IMG/VR virus record: IMGVR_UViG_3300025087_000082
Coordinates: 1-56,426 of that record
DNA from: a virus
DNA: 56,426 nucleotides
Strand: one strand, 5' to 3'
Made by a program: the position numbers and the translations under genes. Position 1 is the stretch's first letter, and each line of letters starts with the position of its first letter. The notes beneath the pieces were generated by a model, which was not told where the DNA came from, did not search any database, and was given only the letters and a program-made list of their open reading frames with translations. Positions 9,468 through 16,183 of this stretch are shown piece after piece.

Positions 9468-10492
9468 GGCCTTGCCCCGTCTGTGAACATCTCTCCCGCA
9501 CCGAAGTATTTCGTATGCCCTACCGCATCCCCGACTCTTGGCCTCTGCCGTCTGAGATTATCTGGTACACCTGTGACGCCTGTTCGATGTTTTACGGAGA
9601 TGGTAATTTTGATCAAGCGATGCTCAACGAATACTACACCAAATACTACGGCTACGGCGTCAACAACCCCTCCAATATCGAGCGCCTGAAAATGGACGCG
9701 GTACGGATAGCGGAACTGGAACGCAACCGGGAGGCCGTCATCGTGGACTTCGGCGGAGCGGGCGATGATGGCAAAAGTATCATCGTTGGCATGTTGCAGG
9801 ACAGGGGATATACGAACGCCGTCTGCGTGGGTGCAGGCGATCCCCTGCCCCAGCAATGTGACCTTATCTATGCCTCCCACGTCATCGAGCATGTCTACGA
9901 TTTGCCTAAGACGATGGAACGGATAGACGATGCGCTCGCGCCTGATGGCTTGCTCATCATGGACGGACCAGACGCGACGGGCCTGCTTCAAAAGTGGAAG
10001 ATGCCGATATTGGACTTCAATACCAAGCACCTAAATCATTTCACGTTGCGGGATTATCTCAATTTGGGATACCATCACGGCTTCGAATTGGTTGACCTGC
10101 CTACGCAGGCAGGCGTGCGGAAGTACGAACTTGAGAACGCGCCCGCGTATCAATTGCAATTCAGGCGGCTGGACGTGGCGCGGGAGTCAGCGAAACACAT
10201 CACGGATAACATATCCGCCCGCGTGGATAGGCTCAAAACGCTTGCGGGCTTGCCGCTCAACGTCTGGGGCATGGGAGATATTACATGGCATCTGCTAGCA
10301 CAGGTGGAACTCAATATACTTGACTATATTGATAACGATCCCGCGTACCGCGGGCAGACCTACAACGGCAAGCCGGTACAGGAACGACCTACCAACGCCG
10401 CGCCGATCCTGATAATGGCGCAGGGACAGCGGCAACGGCTGATCGAAAATATCAGGAAGGCGGGTATAGAAAACCCGATCATTGAAACATGA
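9464..10492 (+). CDS. SAM-dependent methyltransferase with N-terminal Zn-ribbon (NDP-hexose C-methyltransferase-like architecture)
   Basis: CPVCEH...CDACSMF zinc ribbon, motif I VDFGGAGDDG, and an extra C-terminal domain. The architecture matches TylC3-type sugar C-methyltransferases. Confidence 0.7.
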   Translation: MRPCPVCEHLSRTEVFRMPYRIPDSWPLPSEIIWYTCDACSMFYGDGNFDQAMLNEYYTKYYGYGVNNPSNIERLKMDAVRIAELERNREAVIVDFGGAGDDGKSIIVGMLQDRGYTNAVCVGAGDPLPQQCDLIYASHVIEHVYDLPKTMERIDDALAPDGLLIMDGPDATGLLQKWKMPILDFNTKHLNHFTLRDYLNLGYHHGFELVDLPTQAGVRKYELENAPAYQLQFRRLDVARESAKHITDNISARVDRLKTLAGLPLNVWGMGDITWHLLAQVELNILDYIDNDPAYRGQTYNGKPVQERPTNAAPILIMAQGQRQRLIENIRKAGIENPIIET

Positions 10493-10998
10493 ACGTATCA
10501 CAAATAATTTGGGAAAGGCTGAAACAAGAAACTGAAGTTGTATTCTACCTTCCTGGCGGCGGCTCCGGGCCGCTGGTGGATGCGCTTGGCGCGTCGGGAT
10601 TGCGCGCCGTGTGCTGCCTACATGAGCAGGGCTGCGGCTACGCGGCGGTCGGGTATGCACAGTATCACGGATTCGGCGTGGCGTTGGTCACGTCGGGTCC
10701 TGGGGTCACTAATATTCTCACGCCTGTACTTGCTGCATGGGTAGACAGTATCGCCCTGTTGGTGATAAGCGGCCAAGTCATGCGGAAGTGGCTAGCGCTT
10801 GATGATATGCGATCACGCGGGACACAGGAGGGGCCGACAATAGAAATGGTGAGGCCGATAGTCAAGATAGCGCATCAGCCGAGCGTGAGTGCGGGAATAT
10901 TAGAAGTACTGGACGGGATGATTGAGATAGCAAAAGAAGGGCGTCCCGGCCCCGTGTGGCTCGACATCCCGCAAGACATACAGGCCGCCGATGTATAA
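10489..10998 (+). CDS. ThDP-dependent enzyme, N-terminal PYR domain (ALS/YerE-like), split gene part 1
   Basis: HEQGCGYAAVGYA...VTSGPGVTN...GPVWLDIPQD is typical of TPP_enzyme_N. It ends 8 nt inside the next ORF. Confidence 0.8.
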   Translation: MNVSQIIWERLKQETEVVFYLPGGGSGPLVDALGASGLRAVCCLHEQGCGYAAVGYAQYHGFGVALVTSGPGVTNILTPVLAAWVDSIALLVISGQVMRKWLALDDMRSRGTQEGPTIEMVRPIVKIAHQPSVSAGILEVLDGMIEIAKEGRPGPVWLDIPQDIQAADV

Positions 10999-12127
10999 GC
11001 CAGTCATCCTCATCGGCAACGGCATCCGCAATAACCCGGCGCTTATAAATCACCTTACTTCTTTACAAGTGCCGTGCATTACAACTTGGATGGCGGCTGA
11101 TCTACTGTCAGAAGATTCCCCCGTCTATTGCGGCAGACCTGGAATCTTCGGCCAGCGCGCATCTTGCATAATTCAGCAAAAAGCCACCCATCTCTATTGC
11201 TTCGGCGCACGGCTGGACGGTGAACAAGTCGCCTATGATTATGACCGCTTCGCGCCGAATGCGGAGATATATATTTATGATATAGACCCCGCAGAGGCAC
11301 AGAAGTTCCCGAAGCGTTACCACGTTACGCAGACCCTTGATTGTAGAGATGACATTGATTTTCTTCCGGCCTTTGAACCGCCTCATCGCGACTGGCTCAA
11401 CTGGTGCAAGGCGCTCTACACCCGCTTCCGGCCTGAACTGGACGGGAGACAGGAGACGGGAGACGGAGGCGGCGATCATTTCGTAGACCCGTTCACGTTC
11501 ACGCGACTCCTGCATGACCACAGCCAGTCGGATGACGTGTTCGCTATCGGCTCATCGGGCAACGCCCCGACTGTGTTCTTCCAGGCGTATAAAGTCCGAG
11601 CGGGGCAGCGTATCTCCAACGTCTGCACAATCGGCGCAATGGGCGCTGATATTCCGATGGCTCTCGGCTCTGCGCTGGCATCCGGGCGGCGCACTATCTG
11701 CGTGACGGGCGACGGCGGCTTTGCGATGAACGCGCAGGAACTGGAGACGATACGCAGGCTGCGCCTGCCGATTATCTTTTTCGTGATGAATAACGGCGGC
11801 TATAACTCCATCCGCGTGGGACAGCTTGCGCGCTTCGGGCGCGTGACGGGTGCCAACCCTGCCACAGGGCTGACGCTCCCCAGCATAGAAGCAATTGCGG
11901 AGGCATATCGCCTCTGTTACATGCCCTTGCATGGGCGGGATTTGCCGAACTTCGCCCGATGCTTCGGGATTGCGCCGATGGTCGTGGAAGTGTTTGTTGA
12001 CCCCGAATGGCAGCAGTTGCCGCGCGTGATGGCAAGTGGTAATCCGATCAGGACAGATGACATGGAGAATATGTATCCATATCTACCTGAGAATGAATTG
12101 AGAGAGATTATGGAGTGGGACGGGTAA
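10991..12127 (+). CDS. ThDP-dependent enzyme, central and PP domains (ALS/YerE-like), split gene part 2
   Basis: Central domain KPVILIGNG...PCITTW. ThDP motif GDGGFAMNAQELETIRRLRLPIIFFVMNNGGY. Confidence 0.85.
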   Translation: MYKPVILIGNGIRNNPALINHLTSLQVPCITTWMAADLLSEDSPVYCGRPGIFGQRASCIIQQKATHLYCFGARLDGEQVAYDYDRFAPNAEIYIYDIDPAEAQKFPKRYHVTQTLDCRDDIDFLPAFEPPHRDWLNWCKALYTRFRPELDGRQETGDGGGDHFVDPFTFTRLLHDHSQSDDVFAIGSSGNAPTVFFQAYKVRAGQRISNVCTIGAMGADIPMALGSALASGRRTICVTGDGGFAMNAQELETIRRLRLPIIFFVMNNGGYNSIRVGQLARFGRVTGANPATGLTLPSIEAIAEAYRLCYMPLHGRDLPNFARCFGIAPMVVEVFVDPEWQQLPRVMASGNPIRTDDMENMYPYLPENELREIMEWDG

Positions 12128-12155
12128 CCGCCACACTTCGGAAAGGTTTGAAAAA

Positions 12156-12377
12156 ATGAAAAAGACTATCTTCCTGATTTTAGTGCTGGTATTATTACTG
12201 ACTGCTTGTGGAGGCAGTAAACATACCTACGAAATGACGCTGACGTCTGGAGAGACAATTACGGTGGAGTACGCTGTCTGTAAACCGGGATACGGTGTTA
12301 TCGAATGTTGGAGTAATGTGATGCAACGCTTTCCAGACGCCTCCTATAGTGCAGTAACATTCAAGAAGATTAAATAA
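12156..12377 (+). CDS. Small lipoprotein
   Basis: Signal peptide with lipobox: MKKTIFLILVLVLLLTAC. Confidence 0.6.
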   Translation: MKKTIFLILVLVLLLTACGGSKHTYEMTLTSGETITVEYAVCKPGYGVIECWSNVMQRFPDASYSAVTFKKIK

Positions 12378-12393
12378 TAAGTATATTCAATTG

Positions 12394-12415
12394 TCGCCTT
12401 GCGCGCTGTCGCTGG
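12394..12415 (+). repeat. 22-bp direct repeat, copy 1 (TCGCCTTGCGCGCTGTCGCTGG)
   Basis: Recurs at 12621..12642 with one mismatch. Each copy lies roughly 13-17 nt after the stop of a small ORF. Confidence 0.85.
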
Positions 12416-12434
12416 AGACAAGAAAGGTTTTGAA

Positions 12435-12608
12435 ATGGCACTAACAATAGTTTTGATTTTGATGATTTTCCTGCCCCTGGTTGTTGGCAGTTACATGCAC
12501 TATACTTTGGGCATTACATCAGGAATGGATATTGCCGCGACGGTTTTACTGTATATCGTGGAAATGGCAGTGTTTTATTCCGTGATGATAAAGCGCCCTC
12601 AAAAGTAA
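12435..12608 (+). CDS. Small two-TM membrane protein
   Basis: MALTIVLILMIFLPLVVGSY... GAAAGG lies before the ATG at 12435. Confidence 0.5.
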   Translation: MALTIVLILMIFLPLVVGSYMHYTLGITSGMDIAATVLLYIVEMAVFYSVMIKRPQK

Positions 12609-12620
12609 CCTGTTGTATTT

Positions 12621-12642
12621 TCGCCTAGCGCGCTGTCGCTGG
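12621..12642 (+). repeat. 22-bp direct repeat, copy 2 (TCGCCTAGCGCGCTGTCGCTGG)
   Basis: See 12394..12415. Confidence 0.85.
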
Positions 12643-12713
12643 TAACAAAACTAATATGTATCAATCTCAGTGTATCGTTGTATACCTGTTACTTGATAAA
12701 GGTAACGGTATAT

Positions 12714-13844
12714 ATGAAAGTCCCTATTTCGGGGCAAGTGACTGGAAAGGAAGAAGCGGATAACGTGATAGAAGTCGCGAACTCGCAGAGTTACGGCGGA
12801 TTCATTTGGACGAACCGCTTCGAGCGCGGCTTCGCTCGATTCATGGGTGCGCGTGAGGCGATCCTGTGTAATAGCGGTTCGAGTGCAAATTTACTGGCAT
12901 TATCTGCTCTAGAGCTTCCGAAAGGCTCGGAGGTCATCACCACGGCGGTGAACTTCCCCACGACGGTCAATTGCATCATTCAGCTTGGCTTAGTGCCGGT
13001 GTTTGTGGACAGTGACCCAAAGACGCTGAACTGCGCGGACGGCTGGGAATATTCTCCCGACAATGTAAAAGCCATTATTATGGCGCATGCGCTTGGAAAC
13101 CCCGTAGACCTGACTTATTTGTCGAGCTATGGAATACCTATCATCGAAGATTGCTGCGACGCGGTAGGGAGCACGATCAACGGGCAGATGGTTGGTCGTC
13201 GCGGCATAATGTCTACCGTCTCATTTTACCCGGCGCATCACATCACCACCGGCGAAGGTGGCATGGTACTGACTGATAGCCCGCGGCTGAGGAAGATTAT
13301 CGAGAGTTACCGGGATTGGGGGCGGGACTGCTTCTGTGAGCCAGGAAAGGATAATACCTGCGGGAAACGATTTGACTATGAAATAGATCATAAATATATG
13401 TACTCGCGTATCGGGTGGAATCTCAAGGCAAGCGATTTCCAAGCCGCCGTAGGTGTGGCGCAACTGGATAGGCTTGAAGGGTTTATCGAAAAGCGGCGCG
13501 AGAACTGGACATATTTGTATAATAACTTGAAGGATTTACCGATTGAGATCGTCCAGGCTTCGCCGGGGAGCAACCCTTCATGGTTCGGCTTTGCTTTTGT
13601 TACAGAACACCGTAACAAATTGGCGCGGTATCTGGATGAGCGTGGAGTCGGGAATAGGCCCGCAATGGGCGGCAATCTGCTGAGACAATCCGCGTATAAG
13701 AACATAGAGCATCGCGTCATTGGTAATTTAGATGGCGCCAATATCATTCATGAAAAAGCGATTTGGGTCGGCGTCTTTCCAGGGATCAATGAGGAAATGA
13801 GAGAGTACCAAGCGGAAACCATTCGGAGTTTTTACAATGGCTAA
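12714..13844 (+). CDS. rfbH: CDP-6-deoxy-D-xylo-4-hexulose-3-dehydrase (E1 / RfbH / DdhC family, PMP- and [2Fe-2S]-dependent)
   Basis: NSGSSANLLAL. SFYPAHHITTGEGG has His in place of the PLP lysine. RDWGRDCFCEPGKDNTCGKRF, DHKYMYSRIGWNLK and PSWFGF are also present. C-X57-C-X1-C-X7-C spacing is intact. Confidence 0.9.
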   Translation: MKVPISGQVTGKEEADNVIEVANSQSYGGFIWTNRFERGFARFMGAREAILCNSGSSANLLALSALELPKGSEVITTAVNFPTTVNCIIQLGLVPVFVDSDPKTLNCADGWEYSPDNVKAIIMAHALGNPVDLTYLSSYGIPIIEDCCDAVGSTINGQMVGRRGIMSTVSFYPAHHITTGEGGMVLTDSPRLRKIIESYRDWGRDCFCEPGKDNTCGKRFDYEIDHKYMYSRIGWNLKASDFQAAVGVAQLDRLEGFIEKRRENWTYLYNNLKDLPIEIVQASPGSNPSWFGFAFVTEHRNKLARYLDERGVGNRPAMGGNLLRQSAYKNIEHRVIGNLDGANIIHEKAIWVGVFPGINEEMREYQAETIRSFYNG

Positions 13845-14085
13845 AACAAACAAGATCACGAAATTTGAGATTCGATCATCTGACGAATTGACAGACCTGA
13901 CATCGTTCGTAAAAGGCATGGAAGTAAAGCCGTACCATCCATCGCTTTTGCGTCGTTTGTTCAATTGGCTTTGGTGGCAATGGTTCAGGCATAAAATCAA
14001 CAGGTCATGGAGGAAAATATCAAGAGGTGCAACGATTGAGATTGAATTTGTAAAACGAATACGTGAGCCGTGGAGATGGAACTGA
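13837..14085 (+). CDS. Hypothetical basic Trp-rich protein
   Basis: 82-aa ORF that overlaps both neighbours. Confidence 0.4.
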   Translation: MAKTNKITKFEIRSSDELTDLTSFVKGMEVKPYHPSLLRRLFNWLWWQWFRHKINRSWRKISRGATIEIEFVKRIREPWRWN

Positions 14086-14087
14086 TA

Positions 14088-14765
14088 ATGGATAAAGTTT
14101 TAGTCGTAGGCGGTACAGGCTTCTGTGGCTTTTGGATGCGGCAAACCGCCCCGCCTGATTTACGTATCAGTTACATCGGCAAAAGCGACTACGAACTCCG
14201 GCACTGGAAATGGATGACCTGGGATTACATCGTGCATCTGGCGAATATCTCGCCGTATGAGGTTCTGGAATATGCACAGCCATTCGGTATCCGCGTGCTG
14301 TATGCTTCGAGCGGTATTGTCTATCACGATGAGAATGATACCGAGTACAGGCAGAATAAACTCGATTGGGAAAAAGAGTGCCTGGATAGCGGCGTCGATG
14401 TGGTCGTTTGTCGGTTGTTTGCATTTCATGGGGAAAGGCTATCAGCAGATCACGCGATAGTAGCATTTGAAAATGCGGCAAGAAAAGGCGAGCCACTGAG
14501 AATATTTGGGGATGGAAATACTATTAGAACATATATGAGCGGCGAAGATATGGCGCGGCGAATGTGGGCTGTGTTACTGCATGGCGAGCGCGGCGAATGC
14601 TACGACATCGGAGGCATTACGCCGATCACGATGCTTGAATTGGCAAAAAAGATTATCAAGGATAATAACTCAAAGTCAGAAATAGTTGTCGAGAATGGCA
14701 AAGACCCAATGCCTTGTTACGTGCCAGTAGATGCAGAAAAAACAGAGAGATTGCTAGATAAGTAA
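14088..14765 (+). CDS. NAD(P)-dependent epimerase/reductase (extended SDR, short form)
   Basis: Rossmann motif VLVVGGTGFCG and a later Y-x3-K-like region. The track ORF begins at 14070. Confidence 0.6.
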   Translation: MDKVLVVGGTGFCGFWMRQTAPPDLRISYIGKSDYELRHWKWMTWDYIVHLANISPYEVLEYAQPFGIRVLYASSGIVYHDENDTEYRQNKLDWEKECLDSGVDVVVCRLFAFHGERLSADHAIVAFENAARKGEPLRIFGDGNTIRTYMSGEDMARRMWAVLLHGERGECYDIGGITPITMLELAKKIIKDNNSKSEIVVENGKDPMPCYVPVDAEKTERLLDK

Positions 14766-14857
14766 TCTCTCTGCTCCCTACCGTACCTCACCCCGCCTAA
14801 CCAAGCCGTGCCAAACCAGAACCTACCGCACCATACCACGCCACGCCCAGCCGGGCC
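14766..14857 (+). terminator. C-rich, G-poor convergent intergenic tract (possible rut / Rho-dependent termination site)
   Basis: About 92 nt with C greatly exceeding G on the plus strand (ccctaccgtacctcaccccgcc...acctaccgcaccataccacgccacgcc). No hairpin is present. It lies between convergent genes. Confidence 0.25.
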
Positions 14858-15439
14858 TTACTTGTGACCATTCACGCGTTCGGAAGTAAAGCGTCCATAC
14901 TGCGGACGCCAGTCACCTAAACCAACCTGAGAGCCAGAGGCATTAAGCCATCTGTCAACCTGTGCGGGATTGACTAGTGTATCTTCCACATTAAGAGTAA
15001 CTATGGCAGACCATTCTCGAAAGATGGGACGCATCCGTGAAACACGGGAAGTCTGTACGCGAACAATAGAACTAAAACGGAATTGCTCATCATCCCATAA
15101 TTCATTAGCTGTACGCGGTCCAGCATATTCAAGCGGCGCATGTTCCAGACAAAAATAACCAGACTTTGAAGTCTGCCCCTCTTTGGATTTCTTAGCGCCT
15201 CCCAAGATTGTTGCTTCGATCATGTACGCGGGCAGGACGGGGCCAGACTCATCAAGATACAAGCCCGCCATAAATTCAAGGCGCGCCATTTCCTCATGAT
15301 CCGCGTCTGTCTTTGCGCGTTTGGATGAAATCTGTTTGATTAACTTCGACCACTTGTTTGTTGGGTCTGCCGTCTGCCCGTTGTGCATTATCAGCGGGGC
15401 GGATGAGTTCAGTTTGTATGTTAGTGTTTTCCAAGCCAT
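14858..15439 (-). CDS. Hypothetical protein (193 aa)
   Basis: AGGAG lies 7 nt before the ATG at 15439. Confidence 0.6.
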   Translation of the reverse strand: MAWKTLTYKLNSSAPLIMHNGQTADPTNKWSKLIKQISSKRAKTDADHEEMARLEFMAGLYLDESGPVLPAYMIEATILGGAKKSKEGQTSKSGYFCLEHAPLEYAGPRTANELWDDEQFRFSSIVRVQTSRVSRMRPIFREWSAIVTLNVEDTLVNPAQVDRWLNASGSQVGLGDWRPQYGRFTSERVNGHK

Positions 15440-15743
15440 GATATATCTCCTGTCTTATTTGAATGTTGGTCGTTATCGTTGTGGGTTCGTGTTCCAGTCG
15501 TCCATATCTATCTTCACGGATTACGTCCGTAATGAGGTTATGGCAACGGGAGCAAACCGTTATTAGATCATCTTCGATTGATTCGTTTGGAATTTTTGCA
15601 TAAGCAGATGGACGATGGTGTACCTCCAATTGATAGTGTGTCCCGTCCTCATCACACAGGCGGCAACGATACCCGTCTAGTTTCTTCCTGGCTTTACGTT
15701 TTTCGTCCCACTCTTTAGACGCAATATATTTGTTGTAATCCAT
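15294..15743 (-). CDS. HNH endonuclease
   Basis: CRLCDEDG...LEVHHRP...CSRCHNLI. Its 3' end overlaps the next gene by 146 nt. Confidence 0.8.
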   Translation of the reverse strand: MDYNKYIASKEWDEKRKARKKLDGYRCRLCDEDGTHYQLEVHHRPSAYAKIPNESIEDDLITVCSRCHNLITDVIREDRYGRLEHEPTTITTNIQIRQEIYHGLENTNIQTELIRPADNAQRADGRPNKQVVEVNQTDFIQTRKDRRGS

Positions 15744-15862
15744 AGGACACCTTCACAAAGAGCCGCCTCCTTCCTGTTTTTTCGCTTGTTGTCACACGCG
15801 CGAGTTTGGGAAAGAGACGGCTCTTTGTGGCGAAAAAATAACCCGCCGCGTGTGACGTAGAT

Positions 15863-15871
15863 ATTATAACA
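15863..15871 (-). promoter_or_regulatory. Extended -10 promoter (TGtTATAAT) for the HNH operon
   Basis: The minus strand reads catgTTATAAT. It is followed by a leader carrying 10-11 bp inverted repeats. Confidence 0.35.
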
Positions 15872-16005
15872 TGAAACAGAATAATTGTGCTAACATTGTG
15901 ACACTTATCCACCTTTGCGCCGTCGCTTGGGGCTTGTACGACCGTCACCGTTGGCGGGCGCTGGACAGGCACCGCCGCGAATGCAAAGAGTGTTGGAGTA
16001 AGACC

Positions 16006-16034
16006 TTGCATAAATAGAACAAATCGTCTATAAT
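16006..16034 (+). promoter_or_regulatory. Sigma70-type promoter for the capsid operon
   Basis: TTGCAT, 17 nt spacer, TATAAT. About 150 nt of leader precede the ATG at 16184. Confidence 0.6.
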
Positions 16035-16183
16035 GTTTGCAGGCAGGAATGCCCAGGCGACGCGCCCTACTGTGTAACAGAAGCGCACAGCCAATAACTA
16101 ACCGTTAGACTTTGAGCCGGTTGTTCTTTTCTCGAAAGAGAAGGAGAGCAGCCGGTTTTTGCGTTTAATACGCAGAGGGATAA

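Noticed and set aside
16116-16165. The AGCCGGTT...AGCCGGTTTTT pair in the capsid leader might be a terminator or attenuator stem.
   Set aside because: The two segments are direct repeats, not inverted, so they cannot pair. Only a small inner hairpin with a GAAA loop exists.
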